From: the human T2T-CHM13v2.0 reference genome, Homo sapiens
DNA: 64,000 nt
Reading direction: 5' to 3' (one strand)
NCBI RefSeq assembly: GCF_009914755.1
Contig: NC_060934.1
The first letter of the stretch is position 1. The number at the start of each line of letters is the position of its first letter. The notes under the pieces were generated by a model that ran no database searches, had not been told where the DNA came from, and saw nothing but the letters and a program-made list of their open reading frames with translations. This document shows positions 15,510-30,150 of the stretch, piece after piece. The position numbers were made by a program, and so were the translations under genes.

Positions 15510-15599
15510 AGCTGAATTGTTTTTGATATATAGTCACCTAATCCAATTCAACTTGTGTATTCATCTACTCTTGATGCTAGGGTTAAGCAGGGGAAGTGA

Positions 15600-16088
<489 letters not shown>

Positions 16089-16925
16089 TTGCCTTTGTAT
16101 TCTGTGTATTTAATAATACATCACTACCTCCATGTAAGAATCAGGTAAATCTTGTACTTCTGAAAAATCACTCAAATTGTAGTTGAAAAGAAATGCAATG
16201 GAGAATGATCTCACTTGCCTGTGGTATTCTGTACCCAAGGACACTCACACGGTCTGTGAGCCTGCTCTGAGCTAGGAAAGTGCTGCGGGAAGGCAGGAAC
16301 GCTTAATCCCAAGGGGAATTTCCCAACCAAAGCAGCAAGTTCCCCGAGGCTGGAGAGCTCTGTGCGTTGGCAGGGAGGGCATTCCAGAGCAGATGGAGAA
16401 CACAGATGTGGAGGCACAGCAGGGGTCCCACCATGCTTGGGAAACAGGGGCTACCCCGCAGCGGGCCAAGCCCAAGGTGCAGAGGGAACCATGACTCTCA
16501 AGAGAGCATAAACAAAGACAACAGAGCAGAAAAGATGACCAGATCCCTCTAACAAGAAATAACAGCCTCTTTCCTCAAAGTACAATCATGTTTAAAAATT
16601 ACATTCCAGGTTAACCAGGTTTTCAAGCTACCTCACAAAACCACATGGGCTGTGGGCCCATGGCAGGAGGAGGTCCACGACCTGGGGGTCTGGCCTCTTC
16701 TTGATCCTAATACACCCTCTGGCCCTGCATTTCCTACATAGCCCAAGAGTTCTCATCCTCTTCTGTTGTGAGCTCATTTTAATAATAAAGATTTATGAGG
16801 AAAAGCTAAATATATGCGCACGCACACACACATACAAACACACACAATCACAGACACAAATATGCATACATACAGAAACACACACACAAGCACACATACA
16901 CGTAGACATACACAAACATCAGTGA

Positions 16926-17405
<480 letters not shown>

Positions 17406-18241
17406 TCAGAGGTTTATGAGTTGCAGACATTTGGGAGGAAAATACATGATATCCTTAGTAGCCACAGCAGGTACTCCAAAATCATTGGAAGGAATGAATA
17501 AATAATGAAACTTTGGCACAGTTCGCTGGGTAATCACAAGATCTCACACAAGCCATCAACACAGAAAGATCTAATCATGCACATCACAGCCCTGGTTCCC
17601 AGAGGACAACTTTAGTTTCCATCCATACGTTTAAACACGTCGAAAGCAAAAACAAACAAAACGCTATTTAAGCTAATGTCTCCCAGAACAACACCATGAC
17701 CTTAAACCGAAACACAAACGTAGGAAAGAACAACCAAGCAGCCAAAGGACACGTTGTCAACAGAGACTGCAATCCCCCTAGTTCCCCAAACCACTCTGTC
17801 CCGGAATTCAAAGCACCTCCATGCAAACCGCTCCCTAAGCGAGAGCTGCCTTGTGAAGTGAGCTTGGAGCATTCAACTCAAGCGTTATTAGTGATGCTGA
17901 GATTGCACAGCATGGATCTTCAAATCCATAATTCAAAATGCAGAAATGAACATTTTATGTTTTCGGGACACAAAGAACCTACAAAACTGTATCCAGTGTG
18001 TGTGCGAGTGTGTGTGTGTGCATGCTTGCACTGGGTGTGTGTATATGTGAAAGAAATAAGGAATCCCCAGGAAATTTTCCCCTAATACAATAAGCTTCCA
18101 TTTCTTTTGAAAAACACAGTATTTTAGATTTTTCCTCTGCTATCCAAGTATGACAAATTACATGGATAGGTCAATAGGCAATGCATGGCAGTTTTTCAGT
18201 TCCTATCAGCAGATGCAAAGTGCAAATCCACTTCCTCTGGT

Positions 18242-18417
18242 CCTGTGCTGTCCAACAAAAGGGGCCACTGCAATTCTGACTAATTAACATGAAGTCAAGG
18301 TTAAGGTCTAATTCCTCAGTGGCACTTGCTACCAGTGGCTAGGGGCTACCCAACAGAACAGTACCAGTTTGAGAATACACCCATCAACAGATTGTCCAGT
18401 TCTACTGGCCAGTACTA
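18242..18417. mobile_element. MER3-like hAT/Charlie DNA transposon remnant
   Basis: CTGTGCTGTCCAA start, AGTGGCTA..GGCTACC core, GTTCTACTGG..AG end. Confidence 0.55.
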
Positions 18418-18545
18418 AGTCAGGCCCCATGGGTTGTTCTGATCTCATTTCAGTGGAGGATGGGACCCATTAGGAGCCGTAAGGCTCAGCTGGGTGTTAT
18501 CTGGAGCCATCCAGGCACGTCTAAGCTCTTCATTTCTATAGAAAC

Positions 18546-19043
<498 letters not shown>

Positions 19044-19074
19044 ATCAGAATGTGACTTTTCCTCACATGCATTT

Positions 19075-19257
19075 GTTCTTCACTTTTTGGGAGTCACAGC
19101 CCCTTTAAGAAGAGTAATGAAAACAATGGATGCTCTCCTTTATTAAATGAGCTTTCAAAAAAAAAAAAAAAAACCCCTAGCATTTTCCATATGGTTTTGG
19201 GGAGATATTCTAACATTCTAAAGCTTGTTCTTGGACCCCAGTTTAAAAACCATCTGC
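19075..19257. mobile_element. MER103-like DNA transposon remnant
   Basis: GTCACAGCCCCTTT...GGACCCCAGTTTAAAAACC similarity by eye. Confidence 0.45.
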
Positions 19258-19258
19258 T

Positions 19259-19544
19259 TGGCTCACACATGTAATCCCAACCCTCTGGGAGGCCGAGGTG
19301 GGTGGATCACCTGAGGTCAGGAGTTCAAGACCAGCCTGGCCAACATGGCGAAACCCCATCTCTACTAAAAATACAAAAATTAGCCGGGTGTGGTGGCACA
19401 CACCTGTAATCCCAGCTACTCAGGAGGCTGAGGCAGAAGAATCACCTGAATGTGGGAGGCAGAGGTTGCAGTGAGCTGAGATCGATCATGTCAGCCTGGG
19501 CGACAGAGTGAGACTTCGTCTCAAAAACAAAACAAAACAAAAAA
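19259..19544 (+). mobile_element. AluS
   Basis: Alu dimer, (CAAAA)n tail. Confidence 0.9.
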
Positions 19545-20359
19545 CGCCTGCTCAACAAAATCATTTACAGTGCTCATTTGAAACACAACTTCCCAGCAAT
19601 AACAATTTGACTTCACCTGCCTTAGGTTACTGTTTTTTAAAAGTAAAAACAAAGTCTCATTAAAAAAAAAAATGAGCTCATTAATGGTAGAAATTATCAT
19701 CAATGCTCATGTTAGCCAGGGAGATGCTGCATGCATAAAAGTTAGCTTAGAAAACTCTCTCCTTTAAAATACCACGGTAATTTGTTCTCCACATATCTTA
19801 GGGCATCCATTTACCATCTGATTATTATTTTCATGTGGAGAGCTACTGAATAAATTGTAATTTACTTTTAATGAAATAATTATCTTGTGAAGGACAAATG
19901 TTGAAATGTTTAAGGCCCCATGAACCAAGCAATCTCTTTCAACTTGGGCAAAATTAAACGTAAAAATAGTACTAACATAAAGGTAGGCAGAAGGCAGATC
20001 TAGCTTATATACAATCAGCTTCACCCAGTGATAGAAGTGACCAGGTGAATCGTCTTAAAAAGAAAAAAAAAACACACAGAAAGATTACAGACTCCAAAGT
20101 TTCAGTTGTAAGTTACATTCTCTGACATGATTAGTGACACACAATAGTTCATCCAATGTTACTAAACTCCTTCTAAAATCATCTCAAAGTCTTCAGTTAA
20201 GACTACCTTTCTTTTTAACTTTTGCTAAGTTTAATAAAGTTCTGAGACAAAGTCTGAAAGTAAGAAAGAAGTAAAGTGGATCCAATGATTTATTTCTGTA
20301 ACATCCTGCTTGATATCAACATCAACCTTTGCCTTGGTAATGAAATCAACGTTTTATAG

Positions 20360-20752
<393 letters not shown>

Positions 20753-20893
20753 TCAAACATATATTTTGAAATGCGTATAAGCTTTATCAGTATGAATTCT
20801 AGGGGAAGAGAGAATTTCAGAAGATACAAAATGCAAACTGTAGGAGGATACAAAGCCTTACAAGTGTCTCCTTTGGTTAGGAACCATGCCGGG

Positions 20894-21235
20894 TTTTTTG
20901 GGGTCTTTTTTCAGCTTTGAGGTATAATTCACAAATGCAAATTGTATATACTCAAGGTGTGCAGCATGATGTTTTGATATAAAAGCTGAACTCACAGAAA
21001 CAAAATGGAAAGGTGGTAACCAGGGGCTGGAGGTAGGAGAAATTGGAAAGACATTGGTCAAAGGATGCAAACTTGTAGTTACGAGTAAGTTCTGGAAACC
21101 TAAGGTATAGCATGGTGACTATAGTTGCTAACAATGTATTATATATTTAAAATTTGCCAAGAAGTAGATCTTAAGTTTTCTCAAGGCACACACACACGGT
21201 TATGGCCCCTACATCAGACACACATAACTATGTGA
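20894..21235 (-). mobile_element. Old L1MA 3' fragment with 5' inversion
   Basis: 20894-20981 is the antisense extreme 3' end; 20982-21235 is the upstream 3' UTR in opposite orientation; AACCATG flanks both ends. Confidence 0.7.
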
Positions 21236-21339
21236 AACCATGGTAGGTATTTTACATTTTGTTATTAACCTAAGCACTTGAACAACAGATGTAGGGCTGA
21301 AGATCAAGAGAATCGCTCAGGGTACTTTAGTACCATTCC

Positions 21340-21470
21340 ATTGGAACTTAAACGCTACGAGGGCAGGAATTTTGTTTCCCACCGCTCTTTCCCCAACACC
21401 TATACCAGTCCCTGACACACAGTAAGTGCTCAGAAAACAACTGTTGAGAATAAATGAATACCTGGCAGTG
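21340..21470 (+). mobile_element. L2 3' end (further L2 pieces at ~35200-35900, 40990-41105, 46230-46960, 52160-52255)
   Basis: GAGGGCAGG...ACACAGTAAGTGCTCA...TAAATGAAT. Confidence 0.65.
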
Positions 21471-21733
21471 AACTAATAAACTCAAAGGGAAACGAAAGCC
21501 AAGCACATCCCATCTTGTTGTGAACACGAAGATTCTGACGGTCTCAGGCATCCCTGAGCGAGTCTGCTGTGACCACTTTGGGGTTTCACATCAGGAGAAA
21601 AAACAAATGTCCAAAAGAAGATAAAAATAAATTAGGTTAGAGAAAAGAAAATAGACATACTTAAATGAACACAAAAGAAACTATGAGAGCTTAATTTAAA
21701 GAGGTGTCAGAAACTTTCCAAAATAAAGAATCA

Positions 21734-22062
21734 GGCTGGGCGCGGTGGCTCAGGCCTGTAATCCCAGCACGTTGGGAAGCGGAGGCGGGTGGATCACGAG
21801 GTCAGGAGATCAAGACCATCCTGGCTAATACGGTGAAACCCCGTCTCTACTAAAAATACAAAAAGTTAGCTGGGCGTGGTGGCGGGCGCCTGTAGTTCCA
21901 GCTAGTCAGGAGGCTGAGGCAGGAGAATGGTGTGAACCCGGGAGGCGGAGCTTGCAGTGAGCCGAGATTGCGCCACTGAGCTCCAGCCTGGGAGACCGAG
22001 CGAGACTCCATCTCAAAAAAATAAAATGAAAATAAAATAAAATAAAATAAAATAAATAATAA
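21734..22062 (+). mobile_element. AluY
   Basis: AluY diagnostics, (AAAAT)n tail, TSD AATAAAGAATCA. Confidence 0.93.
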
Positions 22063-24349
22063 GAATCAAAGACAAAGAATGATTATGAAGCCATCAGAGA
22101 AGGGAGAAACAGTCTGTGTATTTCAACAGAAACAAGCAAGGACAGTGAGAGGACTTTTTAAAAAAGATCTTCTTTCTCAACACATTTCTAATTTGTTCCT
22201 GCTCTCCCACCTTGAACTAGATACAAGGTGTTGCCTTTCCAAGGAAGACAGATTATTCTCGATCTCTGAAACCTTTGGATTACAGAATCCCAATACGTAA
22301 AAGGGGTCTTAAAAATCCTCTAGTCCAACCCTTGTTTGAATGAATGAGGCCACTGAGGCTCAGAGAGGTTAAGAATTTACCCAAGGTCACACAGCTGGTT
22401 ATTCATGAAAATCAATGTTCCTCCTTCTTTCTCTGGCCATTGACACCTTCAATTTCCAGATAAAATCTTCCTCCTGCACCGAGAGCAGGGAAAACACTTC
22501 TTTGGACTTTTGGGGAGGTAGGTGAATGAATGAAGGAAACAAAGCATGTTGGCTGTTATGGCCCCTACATCACTTTGCTCTGCTGTGTTCTCCACGCCAC
22601 GTGCCCACTGCAACTTCCTTTTGAAATATTTAAGAATAGTTGGCTGCCTGAAAGCTCTCTGATGCCTCTGGAGTGAAGACCTGATACAAATCCAAATTAA
22701 TAAATTCCATCTCAAATGGGAGAATCCTGTGTTGGGTAAAGTACATCCCATGAAGCTGAGTCACCCTATTCTGAAGCACAATGACCAATTTTATCTAATC
22801 ACAGAATTTTAAAATATTCAGCACTTCCAATAAAAAATGTATGAAATCATAAATCCAAATGGTTATGTGTGTGTGGCTAAAATGAACATCCGGGGGAAAT
22901 TAAGACTATCAGCACAATTTAGAGAGCTAGCTGCTTCTTAACGGTACAGCCAAGCCTTTTTTTCTAACCTGGCTCAAACCTATAGAGTTATTAGCTGGTT
23001 TAGATGTCTGATGCAATATTTGCAAACAAATTGAATTAATTGCAAAATAAACAAATGTAGCTGAATTTTGCAACCAACATAGCACACAGTAAACTAAACT
23101 ATCAGCTTAACTCAAACAAAAAATTCCTAAGAAAATTTATATCCAAAACCACTAAAACATTCAGATGTCATTTTCACTTTCATAACCTACCTCTTAATTC
23201 AACATATTTTAAGCTACTGAAAATCAAGTGCTTTCCCATTTGGGTTTTGGCTGGAGCGGTTTGTTTGTTTTGGAGTAACAGGTGTGCAACTGCAACATGT
23301 ATATGTCTTAAATTTTTGGCTGAGATAAATTAGATATAATGTTTCAGAATGTATGAAAGAGTATTTACTTAAAATTTTGAAATATTTAAAGTATGTGAGA
23401 TCTTAAAAACCTAAAAATATCAATATGGTTTTTCTATTCAATGACTGTATCTATCCATCCAAGCCTAAGTTATTTGCCAACTTTCCATGCTCAGAACGTA
23501 ATTGAAAGTCCAGAAAGAAACGAGAGGCCTCTGATGAACCTAAACACAGTTCACAAATCGTAGGTGCATTATTAATAAAAAGCCCTTTGGGTCTTCGCCC
23601 AGAACCGAATTGTTCTTTTCTATTGATAGCAGATACAGAGGATACAAATTCTCACACAGCTAATTGGGAGTTAATTTCTACTTACAAACAGAAAATCAGT
23701 TCTAAAAGCCAAATGAATGCATTCCACCTGAAATGGACATGTTGAACAATTCACCTTATAAAGAGGAACACCAGGATTTTTTAAAAAATCTTAAATGGAC
23801 CTTAAGAAGGAAAGCTGAGCAAGCAAAGAGACAGAAAATGATTTTTAAAATAAGGCCGCCAGGAGACCTCAAGATCACAGCAGGGTGTGGATGCTGAGTA
23901 TGGAGGTCAGAGCCCCATCACCCTCACTAGACCTGAGATGGGATTCTCACGGAGAGGGGTTCCATCCCAGGGAGGCTGCGGGGACATCAAAGTAACCAGG
24001 AGGTCTTGAAAGGTGTCCAAGAGGAGAAGACAGAAGAGCTCCTGATCAGTGCTGAGGAGTGAGTGGGCAGGAAAGAAAGAAGTGATCGCTTGAGGTCAAG
24101 GGGAGCTTTATTTAGAATGGATGAAACCTGAGGATGTTTTCAACACAAGGAGAAGCCAGGAGAAGAGCAGAGTGGAAAATAAGACAAACGGGAGAGAATG
24201 GTGTAGGTAGAGAGCGGGAAGGGGTGGCATGAAAAGCCTAGAGGAACAGAGGAGCCTTGAAAGACTCCTTCTCCTCCTCGGAAGCCCCCTTCGAGTCCCG
24301 CACCCCAGCTGGTTGCTTCCATCTCAGGCACGTGGCAAAGAATTAACCT

Positions 24350-24497
24350 AAGGCGGCTCAAAGCAGGTCCTCAGACAGGAATTAGCATCACCTGGATCCT
24401 GTTTGTTGAATCTCTAAGTCCAGTGCAGACCTACTGAATCAGACGCTGCAGTAACAAGACTGCAGGTGATTCCTATTAAAGTTTGGGCTGCACTGGC
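24350..24497. mobile_element. MER5-family DNA transposon, followed by MIR pieces (24500-24675, 24975-25060)
   Basis: AGCATCACCTGG, AGACCTACTGAATCAGA, CAGGTGATTC, TAAAGTTTG. Confidence 0.65.
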
Positions 24498-24645
24498 TAA
24501 AGCAGCGGTTATGAATACAGGCACTGAAGTCAACTAGATCTGGGTTCAAATCCAGCTGGATTTGGGCACATGGTATGTGCCCAAGCTTGGGCAAGCATTT
24601 CTAACCCTCAGTTTTTTCCTCAGTAGAATGAAGACAATTGCACTA

Positions 24646-25008
<363 letters not shown>

Positions 25009-26342
25009 TTAAGTCTGGCACACAGTAATAATGGATGGCATGTTATTATTGTTCATCCCTTCTACTCTGACTGGTAAAATAGCTCCATTACGTCCCTGTC
25101 CGAGACACTCTGGGAAAGAGGCTGCCAATGAGAGGGAATACGCTATAGGCTTCTGCATCCCACAGGACCCACCCGGAGCTCTGCACAGGGAAAGTGCCCC
25201 AAAAATATGGACTGAAATGAATGTACCCAGGGCTGTGACATGGGCAGACCAATGATCCCAAAGCAAATATGAAAACTATTTCTTTTACTATATTTACACA
25301 AAAACCAGTTAGACATAGGTTATAAACTTGTTTGGGATTAAAGGATCAACTTTCAGAAGGGGACAAGCACATTAGGAGGAAAAAGAATGCCTCTTTCAAA
25401 ACCTCCTACAATAGGGAGTGTCTCTAAGAGGGACAGAGATCTCTCTGAACCAATACTAAAGAGCCCCTGAGATCAACAGTGCAAACTGCTCCTGAGATGT
25501 GTGACCCAAGTTGAAGTTGACTGTATGGGTAAAACACTTAGGTCAAATTGCACCACTAGATGAGTTTCTTCATTTTAGGCAAAGTTCCAATAATGAAGTG
25601 ACTGACTTCATGCGGCACACCTTAATTTCCCGGTTGGCAAAAGCACGTGTACAGAAACCCCATATACAGAAACCCCATCGGACTTGTTACCGCAACACGA
25701 ACGTTTCTGCTTGCATTGTCATAGATGAAGGAAAAAAAAGGAGAACTTATAACACAGAACACCAGCTTCTACTGTGAGTAATATAGGATGAGGGCAAAAG
25801 TACTGGATGGATCACAGCCAAATTTCGATATGAAGAACCCACAAGTCGTTACAATTCAATCCGTTCAAACAACTCACATTTCTGGATTGCCCACTGGGCT
25901 AGACCCTGGGGGTGGTAAGAGAAGTGAGACCCAAGCACCTCACTGGGTACCCTGCTGCCAAGGAAAGGGCCACCAGGACCTAGTGACTGCAGCCCTAGAG
26001 TACAGGCTGGAGTCGAGGCCCAGGAGGCCAGAGGCATGTCAGAGGAAGCTTCTGGCACATCTCCTTTGATATTGCTTCCCTGGCAGGCAAGAGAAGACAA
26101 CATTTTGGGGAGACTTGCCAACAGAACTCCAGGGGCATGAAAGACCCTGAAGGGGAGGCTACAGAGCCCAGGCTTTTGCATGTAAGCAGTGAGGAACGAT
26201 GAGGGTTTGGCCCTGGCCGAGTGCAAGATGAGATCTTTGTTTAGGAAGGTCATTCTGTGGCTAGACCAGACGGAGGAGAAACCGAGGGCCAAGGGATCCA
26301 TTAAGGGCAAAGCAGTAGCCCAGGTAAGAGATGGCGAGGCGA

Positions 26343-27064
<722 letters not shown>

Positions 27065-27192
27065 TTACTCTCCATAACGCTCCATGTAGCCCGAGAGCCC
27101 TGCATGCTGGAGCTCACCAGACATCCTTATAAAAATCCCAAGGGCCCTTTCCTTTGGATGCAATTCCTCAACTGTAGAATATTAAATAACTC

Positions 27193-27503
27193 GCCGGGTG
27201 TGGTGGCTCATGCCTGTAATCCCAGAACTTTGGGAGGCCGAGCGCTGGTAGATCACCTGAGGTCAGGAGTTCAAGACCAACCTGGGCAACATGATGAAAC
27301 CCTGTCTCTACTAAAAATACAAAAATTAGCTGGGCGCAGTGGCATATGCCTGTAATCCCAGCTAGTAGGGAGGCTGAGGCAGGAGAATCACTTCAGCCCA
27401 AGAGGTGGAGGTTGCAGTGAGCTGAGATTGTGTCATTGCACTCCAGCCTGGGCAACAGAGCAAGACTCCATCTCAAAAAAAAAAAAAAGAAAAAAGAAAA
27501 AAA
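27193..27503 (+). mobile_element. AluS
   Basis: Alu dimer. Confidence 0.9.
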
Positions 27504-27931
27504 GAATACTATATAACCCCAGGTGTTGCCAAAGATGTTCACTCTGAATTGAACTCCAAAGTCTTCCAGAAGTCTGTTTATCACAAAACAGTCTGTCTCC
27601 AAAGTAGAAGCAAAGATAAAGAACTGTTTGTTGAATGGCTGACTGATGTCCACTGCAAGCTGAGCGCATTAACCAAATTTCACTTGGAAGACTATGCATG
27701 TGGCAAAATTAAATGCACCAATAGTACTAAATAAAGGTAGGCAGGAAGGCACCTAATGTACTACAATAGCTTGTATAACATCAGCCTCATCCAGTGATCA
27801 AGGTGACCAAATAAATTATCTTTAACACACACACACACACACAGAGTATAGACTCCAAAGTTTCCATTGTAAGACAAATTCTCTGACACTAGTGCACACT
27901 TGATGCCCTGGATCCTCAAGACATCACCGGG

Positions 27932-28338
<407 letters not shown>

Positions 28339-29504
28339 TCAACAGGGGATACCACCAGCAGTTTGGCCAGGGTAATGCTGTATGGGACTGTCCCCTACAC
28401 CATGTAAATTGGGCATTTACAATTCTTAACCACATCCTCCCAAATGCCAGTGAGTCATTGAGAAAACCTGAAACACCCCCATGCATTTTCAAACGCCCCC
28501 TAGGGTTGCCACACTATCTCCGGTGAAGAACCCTCGCAGTATTCACCGATGAAGTTCTTCTCTATAAATACTCTGTTTTCCTACCTGGTAAAAATAATGA
28601 CTGCCCGTACTTGTCCATCTGATGTGGTATAAAGAAATAATCTTTTTTTTTTTCAAAGAAGCAACACGTCAAATAAGCCTTCTATGTTCTAGAGTTCACT
28701 GCTGTTTTTCAGCAGAAACAAATCACTGAGCTAAATTACAAAGAGACCATAGCAATCTCCAGGGCTTTAAAAGGCTGATGCAGTATTTTTTCTTGGAGAA
28801 TTTAAAAATAAAATGCAGTTCAAACTCTAGAACCTACAGTGAGGTTTTTCTCATAAATTCTGGAACATCGCAAGTTCTAGAAATCAAGCCCTGAAGAATG
28901 AGAGTACCAAGGCAAAGAACCCTCAGAACAAAGATTATGCAAAAGGATCACTGGTGATTTTCTATTTTTACATGAATTATAATGGCAGTGAAATAAAACT
29001 TGCCCTTCTGAACTCCACCCCCATACTTGTGCTACGATTATTAAAGTACGTTGCATTGTGAATATACTTTAATTCCAAGACTTTAAGTGCTAACATTTAG
29101 ACAGAATGTACTAAGTTATATTAATCAAATTGTTAGTATTAAACCTTTCTCTACCATAAAGTAAATCCTTTAAAAAAAAAAAAAAGTCCAATCCTTCTCA
29201 ACCCAAGAAATATGCCCAAGGGTATCTACAGGAATGGCTGCAGTAACTGGCAAACGCTGGCAGGAATTTTCCAATGACTGAAGTCAACAAATCCTCAGGA
29301 AACATGCTCAGACAGATGGCACTTAAAAAAAAGCAAAAACAAAAACAACAAAAAAAAACCTACTGCATTTAGATTTATAGGAAGATTTTTCACTTACTTC
29401 AAATTTCTGTATAATCCTCGTTCCTCTAAGTTAAAGGGGGAAAGAAAATCACACTGCAATTCCTTATTTTTCTAATTTAAAAAACAAAACAAAACACGTT
29501 ATAC

Positions 29505-30020
29505 CCTCGAATCCAGCTTTTGATGTCTTCGAGTATTTTCTTGGAGTCTCTTTCCAATGAATACTACTTTCAAATTCTAAGCACAAAGTAAAATCCCAAA
29601 AGTTAGCCCAAATAGCGTTGTACAAAATCAAAGATCACGATGTCAGCAAGCAACTGCATCTATCAGAAGCGATGATGATTCAGAACAGGATAAATTTAGA
29701 ATGGTGTTTTCCAAAAGGCTTTTTGGATGTCAAATTCAGGAAACAGGTAAAGGCTACATCCCAAAAGTTCCTCTCCAAAAAGAACGCCAAAATATTAATA
29801 AAAAGAGTCTTCTTTTTGAAGTTTTTCGTCCCCTAGTGTCCTCGAGGCTGAACTTCCCCAACCTGGCCTCGGTGGAGCCATCCATTACTGGGCAAATCCA
29901 CATGAAACCTGAGGACACTTCAGCCTGGGGAGGACGCAGTCAGAGCAGTGAAGCAACTTCACATGGGACGGGCCTTTTATGGCCTGAACTCGAGAGCCTT
30001 GATACCAGCTCATCTACCAG
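29505..30020 (-). other. SVIL: Alternative first (5'-leader) exon, muscle archvillin-type; 5' end approximate (~29950-30050)
   Basis: Donor GAGG|GTATAA with GT at 29504-29503; unique, repeat-free sequence; adjacent CArG and E-box; sequence recalled from the SVIL muscle leader. Confidence 0.75.
29754..29903 (-). CDS. Candidate 49-aa upstream ORF in the leader exon (MWICPVMDGSTEARLGKFSLEDTRGRKTSKRRLFLLIFWRSFWRGTFGM)
   Basis: Hand translation: ATG 29903, second in-frame ATG 29885 in strong context GTAATGG, TAG at 29756-29754. Translation unproven. Confidence 0.35.
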   Translation of the reverse strand: MWICPVMDGSTEARLGKFSLEDTRGRKTSKRRLFLLIFWRSFWRGTFGM

Positions 30021-30150
30021 AAATAGCCCTGGAAATTCAGAGGAGCCCATCAGCTGTTGCAGCAGGCCTGGCCAGCAGCTACTTCAAATGCAATTAGGTT
30101 GTCCACACTGTCTTTCAGCTTGTTGTATAGAGAAATTAAAAATACAACAG
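29940..30150 (-). promoter_or_regulatory. Candidate muscle promoter: CArG/TATA-like element plus myogenic E-box
   Basis: CCTTTTATGG 29973-29982 (perfect CC(A/T)6GG; CCATAAAAGG on minus); CAGCTG 30051-30056 (AACAGCTG on minus). Confidence 0.6.
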
